Part shown: positions 51,501 through 64,000 of the stretch, in pieces
Position numbering within the stretch: the stretch's first letter is position 1
Layout: every line of letters starts with the position of its first letter
Source of the DNA: Neoechinorhynchus agilis
Lineage: Eukaryota > Animalia > Acanthocephala
NCBI GenBank assembly: GCA_051530055.1
Contig: JBMGUZ010000008.1
Coordinates: 9,813 to 73,812, forward strand
Reading direction: 5' to 3'
DNA length: 64,000 bases
Translations under genes and position numbers: made by a program
The notes under the pieces: generated by a model
The model's input: only the letters and a program-made list of their open reading frames with translations
Told to the model about the DNA's origin: nothing
Database searches by the model: none

Positions 51501-54500
51501 TATCGAAGATTCGGGAAAAGCCTCAGTCATCCGTTGCGCCATCATGCATTTTCAGCAATACGCGAATATACGGAAATTTCATCCTCGACTTGGACTATAG
51601 AAACCATATCTAAGCTCATTAAAAAAGAAAAAATATTTAAATCAAAAAAAATAGTTAAATACAAATATCGTAGATTCGGGAAAAGCCTCAGTCATCCGTT
51701 GCGCCATCATGCATTTTCAGCAATCACGCGAATATACGGAAATTTCATCCTCGACTTGGACTATAGAAACCATATCTAAGCTCATTAAAAAAGAAAAAAT
51801 ATTTAAATAAAAAAATAGTTAAATACAAATATCGTAGATTCGGGAAAAGCCTCAGTCATCCGTTGCGCCATCATGCATTTTCAGCAATCACGCGAATATA
51901 CGGAAATTTCATCCTCGACTTGGACTATAGAAACCATATCTAAGCTCATTAAAAAAGAAAAAATATTTAAATAAAAAAATAGTTAAATACAAATATCGTA
52001 GATTCGGGAAAAGCCTCAGTCATCCGTTGCGCCATCATGCATTTTCAGCAATCACGCGAATATACGGAAATTTCATCCTCGACTTGGACTATAGAAACCA
52101 TATCTAAGCTCATAAAACAAAAAATATTTAAATCAAAAAATAGTTAAATACAAATATCGTAGATTCGGGAAAAGCCTCAGTCATCCGTTGCGCCATCATG
52201 CATTTTCAGCAATCACGCGAATATACGGAAATTTCATCCTCGACTTGGACTATAGAAACCATATCTAAGCTCATTAAAAAAGAAATAATATTTAAATAAA
52301 AAAATAGTTAAATACAAATATCGTAGATTCGGGAAAAGCCTCAGTAATCCGTTGCGCCATCATGCATTTTCAGCAATCACGCGAATATACGGAAATTTCA
52401 TCCTCGACTTTGACTATAGAAACCATATCTAAGCTCATAAAAAAAGAAAAAATATTTAAATCAAAAAAATAGTTAAATACAAATATCGTAGATTCGGGAA
52501 AAGCCTCAGTCATCCGTTGCGCCATCATGCATTTTCAGCAATCACGCGAATATACGGAAATTTCATCCTCGACTTGGACTATAGAAACCATATCTAAGCT
52601 CATTAAAAAAGAAAAAATATTTAAATCAAAAAAATAGTTAAATACAAATATCGTAGATTCGGGAAAAGCCTCAGTCATCCGTTGCGCCATCATGCATTTT
52701 CAGCAATCACGCGAATATACGGAAATTTCATCCTCGACTTGGACTATAGAAACCATATCTAAGCTCATTAAAAAAGAAAAAATATTTAAATCAAAAAAAT
52801 AGTTAAATACAAATATCGTAGATTCGGGAAAAGCCTCAGTCATCCGTTGCGCCATCATGCATTTTCAGCAATCACGCGAATATACGGAAATTTCATCCTC
52901 GACTTGGACTATAGAAACCATATCTAAGCTCATAAAAAAGAAAAAATATTTAAATCCAAAAAATAGTTAAATACAAATATCGTAGATTCGGGAAAAGCCT
53001 CAGTCATCCGTTGCGCCATCATGCATTTTCAGCAATCACGCGAATATACGGAAATTTCATCCTCGACTTGGACTATAGAAACCATATCTAAGCTCATTAA
53101 AAAAGAAAAAATATTTAAATCAAAAAAAAGTTAAATACAAATATCGTAGATTCGGGAAAAGCCTCAGTCATCCGTTGCGCCATCATGCATTTTCAGCAAT
53201 CACGCGAATATACGGAAATTTCATCCTCGACTTGGACTATAGAAACCATATCTAAGCTCATTAAAAAAGAAAAAATATTTAAATCAAAAAAAATAGTTAA
53301 ATACAAATATCGTAGATTCGGGAAAAGCCTCAGTCATCCGTTGCGCCATCATGCATTTTCAGCAATCACGCGAATATACGGAAATTTCATCCTCGACTTG
53401 GACTATAGAAACCATATCTAAGCTCATAAAACAAAAAAATATTTAAGTCAAAAAAATAGTTAAATACAAATATCGTAGATTCGGGAAAAGCCTCAGTCAT
53501 CCGTTGCGCCATCATGCATTTTCAGCAATCACGCGAATATACGGAAATTTCATCCTCGACTTGGACTATAGAAACCATATCTAAGCTCATTAAAAAAGAA
53601 AAAATATTTAAATAAAAAAATAGTTAAATACAAATATCGTAGATTCGGGAAAAGCCTCAGTCATCCGTTGCGCCATCATGCATTTTCAGCAATCACGCGA
53701 ATATACGGAAATTTCATCCTCGACTTGGACTATAGAAACCATATCTAAGCTCATAAAACAAGAAAAAATATTTAAATAAAAAAAATAGTTAAATACAAAT
53801 ATCGTAGATTCGGGAAAAGCCTCAGTCATCCGTTGCGCCATCATGCATTTTCAGCAATCACGCGAATATACGGAAATTTCATCCTCGACTTGGACTATAG
53901 AAACCATATCTAAGCTCATTAAAAAAGAAAAAATATTTAAATCAAAAAAATAGTTAAATACAAATATCGTAGATTCGGGAAAAGCCTCAGTCATCCGTTG
54001 CGCCATCATGCATTTTCAGCAATCACGCGAATATACGGAAATTTCATCCTCGACCTTGACTATAGAAACCATATCTAAGCTCATAAAACAAGAAAAAATA
54101 TTTAAATAAAAAAAATAGTTAAATACAAATATCGTAGATTCGGGAAAAGCCTCAGTCATCCGTTGCGCCATCATGCATTTTCAGCAATCACGCGAATATA
54201 CGGAAATTTCATCCTCGACTTGGACTATAGAAACCATATCTAAGCTCATTAAAAAAGAAAAAATATTTAAATAAAAAAATAGTTAAATACAAATATCGTA
54301 GATTCGGGAAAAGCCTCAGTCATCCGTTGCGCCATCATGCATTTTCAGCAATCACGCGAATATACGGAAATTTCATCCTCGACTTGGACTATAGAAACCA
54401 TATCTAAGCTCATTAAACAAGAAAAAATATTTAAATCAAAAAAATAGTTAAATACAAATATCGTAGATTCGGGAAAAGCCTCTGTCATCCGTTGCGCCAT

Positions 54501-57500
54501 CATGCATTTTCAGCAATCACGCGAATATACGGAAATTTCATCCTCGACTTGGACTATAGAAACCATATCTAAGCTCATAAAACAAAAATATTTAAATCAA
54601 AAAAATAGTTAAATACAAATATCGTAGATTCGGGAAAAGCCTCAGTCATCCGTTGCGCCATCATGCATTTTCAGCAATCACGCGAATATACGGAAATTTC
54701 ATCCTCGACTTGGACTATAGAAACCATATCTAAGCTCATAAAACAAAAAAATATTTAAATCAAAAAATAGTTAAATACAAATATCGTAGATTCGGGAAAA
54801 GCCTCAGTCATCCGTTGCGCCATCATGCATTTTCAGCAATCACGCGAATATACGGAAATTTCATCCTCGACTTGGACTATAGAAACCATATCTAAGCTCA
54901 TAAAACAAAAATATTTAAATCACAAAAAATAGTTAAATACAAATATCGTAGATTCGGGAAAAGCCTCAGTCATCCGTTGCGCCATCATGCATTTTCAGCA
55001 ATCACGCGAATATACGGAAATTTCATCCTCGACTTGGACTATAGAAACCATATCTAAGCTCATAAAATAAAAATATTTAAATCAAAAAAATAGTTAAATA
55101 CAAATATCGTAGATTCGGGAAAAGCCTCAGTCATCCGTTGCGCCATCATGCATTTTCAGCAATCACGCGAATATACGGAAATTTCATCCTCGACTTGGAC
55201 TATAGAAACCATATCTAAGCTCATAAAAAAAAATATTTAAATCAAAAAAATAGTTAAATACAAATATCGTAGATTCGGGAAAAGCCTCAGTCATCCGTTG
55301 CGCCATCATGCATTTTCAGCAATCACGCGAATATACGGAAATTTCATCCTCGACTTGGACTATAGAAACCATATCTAAGCTCATAAAAAAAAAAATATTT
55401 AAATCAAAAAATAGTTAAATACAAATATCGTAGATTCGGGAAAAGCCTCAGTCATCCGTTGCGCCATCATGCATTTTCAGCAATCACGCGAATATACGGA
55501 AATTTCATCCTCGACTTGGACTATAGAAACCATATCTAAGCTCATTAAAAAAGAAAAAATATTTAAATCAAAAAAATAGTTAAATACAAATATCGTAGAT
55601 TCGGGAAAAGCCTCAGTCATCCGTTGCGCCATCATGCATTTTCAGCAATCACGCGAATATACGGAAATTTCATCCTCGACTTGGACTATAGAAACCATAT
55701 CTAAGCTCATTAAAAAAGAAAAATATTTAAATAAAAAAAATAGTTAAATACAAATATCGTAGATTCGGGAAAAGCCTCAGTCATCCGTTGCGCCATCATG
55801 CATTTTCAGCAATCACGCGAATATACGGAAATTTCATCCTCGACTTGGACTATAGAAACCATATCTAAGCTCATTAAAAAAGAAAAAATATTTAAATCAA
55901 AAAAATAGTTAAATACAAATATCGTAGATTCGGGAAAAGCCTCAGTCATCCGTTGCGCCATCATGCATTTTCAGCAATCACGCGAATATACGGAAATTTC
56001 ATCCTCGACTTGGACTATAGAAACCATATCTAAGCTCATTAAAAAAGAAAAAATATTTAAATAAAAAAATAGTTAAATACAAATATCGTAGATTCGGGAA
56101 AAGCCTCAGTCATCCGTTGCGCCATCATGCATTTTCAGCAATCACGCGAATATACGGAAATTTCATCCTCGACTTGGACTATAGAAACCATATCTAAGCT
56201 CATTAAAAAAGAAAAAATATTTAAATAAAAAAATAGTTAAATACAAATATCGTAGATTCGGGAAAAGCCTCAGTCATCCGTTGCGCCATCATGCATTTTC
56301 AGCAATCACGCGAATATACGGAAATTTCATCCTCGACTTGGACTATAGAAACCATATCTAAGCTCATTAAAAAAGAAAAAATATTAAATAAAAAATAGTT
56401 AAATACAAATATCGTAGATTCGGGAAAAGCCTCAGTCATCCGTTGCGCCATCATGCATTTTCAGCAATCACGCGAATATACGGAAATTTCATCCTCGACT
56501 TTGACTATAGAAACCATATCTAAGCTCATTAAAAAAGAAAAATATTTAAATAAAAAAAATAGTTAAATACAAATATCGTAGATTCGGAAAAGCCTCAGTC
56601 ATCCGTTGCGCCATCATGCATTTTCAGCAATCACGCGAATATACGGAAATTTCATCCTCGACTTGGACTATAGAAACCATATCTAAGCTCATTAAAAAAG
56701 AAAAAATATTTAAATAAAAAAATAGTTAAATACAAATATCGTAGATTCGGGAAAAGCCTCAGTAATCCGTTGCGCCATCATGCATTTTCAGCAATCACGC
56801 GAATATACGGAAATTTCATCCTCGACTTGGACTATAGAAACCATATCTAAGCTCATAAAACAAAAAATATTTAAATCAAAAAAATAGTTAAATACAAATA
56901 TCGTAGATTCGGGAAAAGCCTCAGTCATCCGTTGCGCCATCATGCATTTTCAGCAATCACGCGAATATACGGAAATTTCATCCTCGACTTGGACTATAGA
57001 AACCATATCTAAGCTCATTAAAAAAGAAAAAATATTTAAATAAAAAAAATAGTTAAATACAAATATCGTAGATTCGGGAAAAGCCTCAGTCATCCGTTGC
57101 GCCATCATGCATTTTCAGCAATCACGCGAATATACGGAAATTTCATCCTCGACTTGGACTATAGAAACCATATCTAAGCTCATTAAAAAAGAAAAAATAT
57201 TTAAATCAAAAAAATAGTTAAATAAAAATATCGATGATTCGGGAAAAGCCTCTGTCATCCGTTGCGCCATCATGCATTTTCAGCAATCACGCGAATATAC
57301 GGAAATTTCATCCTCGACTGACTATAGAAACCATATCTACTCATAAAAAAAAATTTAAATAAAAAAATAGTTAAATACAAATATCGTAGATTCGGGAAAA
57401 GCCTCAGTCATCCGTTGCGCCATCATGCATTTTCAGCAATCACGCGAATATACGGAAATTTCATCCTCGACTTGGACTATAGAAACCATATCTAAGCTCA

Positions 57501-60500
57501 TTAAAAAAGAAAAAATATTTAAATAAAAAAATAGTTAAATACAAATATCGTAGATTCGGGAAAAGCCTCAGTCATCCGTTGCGCCATCATGCATTTTCAG
57601 CAATCACGCGAATATACGGAAATTTCATCCTCGACTTGGACTATAGAAACCATATCTAAGCTCATAAAACAAAAAATATTTAAATCAAAAAATAGTTAAA
57701 TACAAATATCGTAGATTCGGGAAAAGCCTCAGTCATCCGTTGCGCCATCATGCATTTTCAGCAATCACGCGAATATACGGAAATTTCATCCTCGACTTGG
57801 ACTATAGAAACCATATCTAAGCTCATTAAAAAAGAAAAATATTTAAATAAAAAAATAGTTAAATACAAATATCGTAGATTCGGGAAAAGCCTCAGTCATC
57901 CGTTGCGCCATCATGCATTTTCAGCAATCACGCGAATATACGGAAATTTCATCCTCGACTTGGACTATAGAAACCATATCTAAGCTCATTAAAAGAAAAA
58001 ATATTTAAATAAAAATAGTTAAATACAAATATCGTAGATTCGGGAAAAGCCTCAGTCATCCGTTGCGCCATCATGCATTTTCAGCAATCACGCGAATATA
58101 CGGAAATTTCATCCTCGACTTGGACTATAGAAACCATATCTAAGCTCATTAAAAAAGAAAAAATATTTAAATCAAAAAAATAGTTAAATACAAATATCGT
58201 AGATTCGGGAAAAGCCTCAGTCATCCGTTGCGCCATCATGCATTTTCAGCAATCACGCGAATATACGGAAATTTCATCCTCGACTTGGACTATAGAAACC
58301 ATATCTAAGCTCATTAAAAAAGAAAAAATATTTAAATAAAAAAAATAGTTAAATACAAATATCGTAGATTCGGGAAAAGCCTCAGTCATCCGTTGCGCCA
58401 TCATGCATTTTCAGCAATCACGCGAATATACGGAAATTTCATCCTCGACCTTGACTATAGAAACCATTCAAGCTCATAAAAAAGAAAAATATTTAAATAA
58501 AAAAATAGTTAAATACAAATATCGTAGATTCGGGAAAAGCCTCAGTCATCCGTTGCGCCATCATGCATTTTCAGCAATCACGCGAATATACGGAAATTTC
58601 ATCCTCGACTTGGACTATAGAAACCATATCTAAGCTCATTAAAAAAGAAAAAATATTTAAATAAAAAATAGTTAAATACAAATATCGTAGATTCGGGAAA
58701 AGCCTCAGTCATCCGTTGCGCCATCATGCATTTTCAGCAATCACGCGAATATACGGAAATTTCATCCTCGACTTGGACTATAGAAACCATATCTAAGCTC
58801 ATAAAACAAAAAATATTTAAATCAAAAAAAAATTAAATACAAATATCGTAGATTCGGGAAAAGCCTCTGTCATCCGTTGCGCCATCATGCATTTTCAGCA
58901 ATCACGCGAATATACGGAAATTTCATCCTCGACTTGGACTATAGAAACCATATCTAAGCTCATTAAAAAAAGAAAAAATATTTAAATAAAAAATAGTTAA
59001 ATACAAATATCGTAGATTCGGGAAAAGCCTCAGTCATCCGTTGCGCCATCATGCATTTTCAGCAATCACGCGAATATACGGAAATTTCATCCTCGACTTG
59101 GACTATAGAAACCATATCTAAGCTCATTAAAAAAGAAAAAATATTTAAATAAAAAATAGTTAAATACAAATATCGTAGATTCGGGAAAAGCCTCAGTCAT
59201 CCGTTGCGCCATCATGCATTTTCAGCAATCACGCGAATATACGGAAATTTCATCCTCGACTTGGACTATAGAAACCATATCTAAGCTCATTAAAAAAGAA
59301 AAAATATTTAAATAAAAAAATAGTTAAATACAAATATCGTAGATTCGGGAAAAGCCTCAGTCATCCGTTGCGCCATCATGCATTTTCAGCAATCACGCGA
59401 ATATACGGAAATTTCATCCTCGACTTGGACTATAGAAACCATATCTAAGCTCATTAAACAAGAAAAAATATTTAAATAAAAAAAATAGTTAAATACAAAT
59501 ATCGTAGATTCGGGAAAAGCCTCAGTCATCCGTTGCGCCATCATGCATTTTCAGCAATCACGCGAATATACGGAAATTTCATCCTCGACTTGGACTATAG
59601 AAACCATATCTAAGCTCATTAAACAAAAAAAATATTTAAATCAAAAAAATAGTTAAATACAAATATCGTAGATTCGGGAAAAGCCTCAGTCATCCGTTGC
59701 GCCATCATGCATTTTCAGCAATCACGCGAATATACGGAAATTTCATCCTCGACTTGGACTATAGAAACCATATCTAAGCTCATTAAACAAGAAAAAATAT
59801 TTAAATAAAAAAAATAGTTAAATACAAATATCGTAGATTCGGGAAAAGCCTCAGTCATCCGTTGCGCCATCATGCATTTTCAGCAATCACGCAATATACG
59901 GAAATTTATCCGACTGACTATAAAACCATATCTAGCTCATAAAAAATATAAATAAAAAATAGTTAAATACAAATATCGTAGATTCGGGAAAAGCCTCAGT
60001 CATCCGTTGCGCCATCATGCATTTTCAGCAATCACGCGAATATACGGAAATTTCATCCTCGACTTGGACTATAGAAACCATATCTAAGCTCATTAAAAAA
60101 GAAAAAATATTTAAATCAAAAAAATAGTTAAATACAAATATCGTAGATTCGGGAAAAGCCTCTGTCATCCGTTGCGCCATCATGCATTTTCAGCAATCAC
60201 GCGAATATACGGAAATTTCATCCTCGACTTGGACTATAGAAACCATATCTAAGCTCATTAAAAAAGAAAAAATATTTAAATAAAAAAATAGAAATACAAA
60301 TATCGTAGATTCGGGAAAAGCCTCAGTCATCCGTTGCGCCATCATGCATTTTCAGCAATCACGCGAATATACGGAAATTTCATCCTCGACCTTGACTATA
60401 GAAACCATATCTAAGCTCATTAAAAAAGAAAAAATATTTAAATCAAAAAATAGTTAAATACAAATATCGTAGATTCGGGAAAAGCCTCAGTCATCCGTTG

Positions 60501-63500
60501 CGCCATCATGCATTTTCAGCAATCACGCGAATATACGGAAATTTCATCCTCGACTTGGACTATAGAAACCATATCTAAGCTCATTAAAAAAGAAAAAATA
60601 TTTAAATAAAAAAATAGTTAAATACAAATATCGTAGATTCGGGAAAAGCCTCAGTAATCCGTTGCGCCATCATGCATTTTCAGCAATCACGCGAATATAC
60701 CGAAATTTCATCCTCGACCTTGACTATAGAAACCATATCTAAGCTCATTAAAAAAGAAAAAATATTTAAATCAAAAAAATAGTTAAATACAAATATCGTA
60801 GATTCGGGAAAAGCCTCAGTCATCCGTTGCGCCATCATGCATTTTCAGCAATCACGCGAATATACGGAAATTTCATCCTCGACTTGGACTATAGAAACCA
60901 TATCTAAGCTCATTAAAAAAGAAAAAATATTTAAATAAAAAAATAGTTAAATACAAATATCGTAGTTCGGGAAAAGCCTCAGTAATCCGTTGCGCCATCA
61001 TGCATTTTCAGCAATCACGCGAATATACGGAAATTTCATCCTCGACTTGGACTATAGAAACCATATCTAAGCTCATAAAACAAAAAATATTTAAATCGAA
61101 AAAATAGTTAAATACAAATATCGTAGATTCGGGAAAAGCCTCAGTCATCCGTTGCGCCATCATGCATTTTCAGCAATCACGCGAATATACGGAAATTTCA
61201 TCCTCGACTTGGACTATAGAAACCATATCTAAGCTCATTAAAAAAGAAAAAATATTTAAATAAAAAATAGTTAAATACAAATATCGTAGATTCGGGAAAA
61301 GCCTCAGTCATCCGTTGCGCCATCATGCATTTTCAGCAATCACGCGAATATACGGAAATTTCATCCTCGACTTGGACTATAGAAACCATATCTAAGCTCA
61401 TTAAAAAAGAAAAAATATTTAAATAAAAAAAATAGTTAAATACAAATATCGTAGATTCGGGAAAAGCATCTGTCATCCGTTGCGCCATCATGCATTTTCA
61501 GCAATCACGCGAATATACGGAAATTTCATCCTCGACTTGGACTATAGAAACCATATCTAAGCTCATTAAAAAAGAAAAAATATTTAAATCAAAAAAATAG
61601 TTAAATACAAATATCGTAGATTCGGGAAAAGCCTCAGTCATCCGTTGCGCCATCATGCATTTTCAGCAATCACGCGAATATACGGAAATTTCATCCTCGA
61701 CTTGGACTATAGAAACCATATCTAAGCTCATTAAAAAAGAAAAAATATTTAAATCAAAAAAAATAGTTAAATACAAATATCGTAGATTCGGGAAAAGCCT
61801 CAGTCATCCGTTGCGCCATCATGCATTTTCAGCAATCACGCGAATATACGGAAATTTCATCCTCGACTTGGACTATAGAAACCATATCTAAGCTCATAAA
61901 ATAAAAAAATATTAAAATCACAAAAAATAGTTAAATACAAATATCGTAGATTCGGGAAAAGCCTCAGTCATCCGTTGCGCCATCATGCATTTTCAGCAAT
62001 CACGCAAATATACGGAAATTTTTATCCTCGACTTGGACTATAGAAACCATATCTAAGCTCATTAAACAAAAAAATATTGAAGTCAAAAAAATAGTTAAGT
62101 GCAAATATAGTAGATTCGGGAAAAACCTCAGTCATCCGTTGCGCCATCATGCATTTTCAGCAATCACGCAAATATACGGAAATTTTTATCCTCGACTTGG
62201 ACTATAGAAACCATATCTAAGCTCATAAAATAAAAATATTAAAATCACAAAAAATAGTTAAATACAAATATCGTAGATTCGGGAAAAGCCTCAGTCATCC
62301 GTTGCGCCATCATGCATTTTCAGCAATCACGCAAATATACGGAAATTTTTATCCTCGACTTGGACTATAGAAACCATATCTAAGCTCATTAAACAAAAAA
62401 AATATTGAAGTCCAAAAAATAGTTAAATGCAAATATAGTAGATTCGGGAAAAGCCTCAGTCATCCGTTGCGCCATCATGCATTTTCAGCAATCACGCGAA
62501 TATACGGAAATTTCATCCTCGACTTGGACTATAGAAACCATATCTAAGCTCATAAAATAAAAAAATATTAAAATCAAAAAAATAGTTAAATACAAATATC
62601 GTAGATTCGGGAAAAGCCTCAGTCATCCGTTGCGCCATCATGCATTTTCAGCAATCACGCGAATATACGGAAATTTCATCCTCGACTTGGACTATAGAAA
62701 CCATATCTAAGCTCATAAAATAAAAATATTAAAATCACAAAAAATAGTTAAATACAAATATCGTAGATTCGGGAAAAGCCTCAGTCATCCGTTGCGCCAT
62801 TATGAATTTTCAGCAATCACGCGAATATACGGAAATTTTCATCCTCGACTTGGACTATAGAAACCATATCTAAGCTCATAAAATAAAAAAATATTTAAAT
62901 CAAAAAAATAGTTAAATACAAATATCGTAGATTCGGGAAAAGCCTCAGTCATCCGTTGCGCCATCATGCATTTTCAGCAATCACGCAAATATACGGAAAT
63001 TTTTATCCTCGACTTGGACTATAGAAACCATATCTAAGCTCATAAAATAAAAATATTAAAATCACAAAAAATAGTTAAATACAAATATCGTAGATTCGGG
63101 AAAAGCCTCAGTCATCCGTTGCGCCATCATGCATTTTCAGCAATCACGCGAATATACGGAAATTTCATCCTCGACTTGGACTATAGAAACCATATCTAAG
63201 CTCATAAAATAAAAATATTAAAATCACAAAAAATAGTTAAATACAAATATCGTAGATTCGGGAAAAGCCTCAGTCATCCGTTGCGCCATCATGCATTTTC
63301 AGCAATCACGCAAATATACGGAAATTTCATCCTCGACTTGGACTATAGAAACCATATCTAAGCTCATAAAACAAAAAAAATATTAAAATCCAAAAAATAG
63401 TTAAATACAAATATCGTAGATTCGGGAAAAGCCTCAGTCATCCGTTGCGCCATCATGCATTTTCAGCAATCACGCGAATATGCGGAAATTTCATCCTCGA

Positions 63501-64000
63501 CTTGGACTATAGAAACCATATCTAAGCTCATTAAATAAGAAAAAATATTTAAATCAAAAAATAGTTAAATACAAATATCGTTGATTCGGGAAAAGCCTCA
63601 AGCTCATTAAACAAAAAATATTTAAATCCGAAAAATAGTTAAATACAAATATCGTAGATTCGGGAAAAGCCTCAGTCATCCGTTGCGCCATCATGCATTT
63701 TCAGCAATCACGCGAATATACGGAAATTTCATCCTCGACTTGGACTATAGAAACCATATCTAAGCTCATTAAAAAAGAAAAAATATTTAAATAAAAAAAA
63801 TAGTTAAATACAAATATCGTAGATTCGTGAAAAGCCTCAGTCATCCGTTGCGCCATCATGCATTTTCAGCAATCACGCGAATATACGGAAATTTCATCCT
63901 CGACTTGGACTATAGAAACCATATCTAAGCTCATTAAAAAAGAAAAAATATTTAAATCAAAAAATAGTTAAATACAGATATCGTAGATTCGGAAAAGGCC
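27569..64000 (+). repeat. Satellite DNA array, ~162-165 bp monomer, roughly 220 head-to-tail copies, running off the window end
   Basis: Consensus atcgtagattcgggaaaagcctcagtcatccgttgcgccatcatgcattttcagcaatcacgcgaatatacggaaatttcatcctcgacttggactatagaaaccatatctaagctcattaaaaaagaaaaaatatttaaatcaaaaaaatagttaaatacaaat. Measured periods are 162 (28611 to 28773) and 163 (30589 to 30752). The first copies at 27569-27750 are decayed. Confidence 0.99.

Noticed and set aside
30589-61891. Many short ORFs (MHFQQSREYTEISS...) in the ORF track
   Set aside because: They are translations of the satellite monomer whose frame changes with A-tract length; no protein features.
27569-64000. CRISPR-like array (conserved repeat plus variable part)
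   Set aside because: The conserved part is ~120 bp and the variable parts are homologous A-tracts, not unique spacers. There are no cas genes and the context is eukaryotic.

Overview
Eukaryotic, animal-like genomic DNA at a boundary between a transposon-rich region and a satellite array; I cannot assign the taxon. Positions 1-27.5 kb are a nested transposon graveyard: two Ty3/gypsy LTR elements, several CRE-type (RLE) non-LTR pieces, an RTE LINE inserted into one CRE copy, and APE-type LINE fragments. Interleaved are pieces of host genes with short (47-66 nt) GT-AG introns: an mRNA capping enzyme pseudogene, a ZC2HC1-like exon, a spliced ORF resembling the C-terminal half of telomerase reverse transcriptase with a degenerate catalytic motif, and an FKRP/LicD-like gene split in its catalytic motif by an inverted-repeat-bounded insertion that might be spliced out. 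Positions ~27.57-64 kb are one head-to-tail array of a ~162-165 bp satellite (roughly 220 monomers) with layered subfamilies, multi-monomer duplications and recurrent truncated monomers. Family assignments come from motif recognition by eye; no database searches were run.
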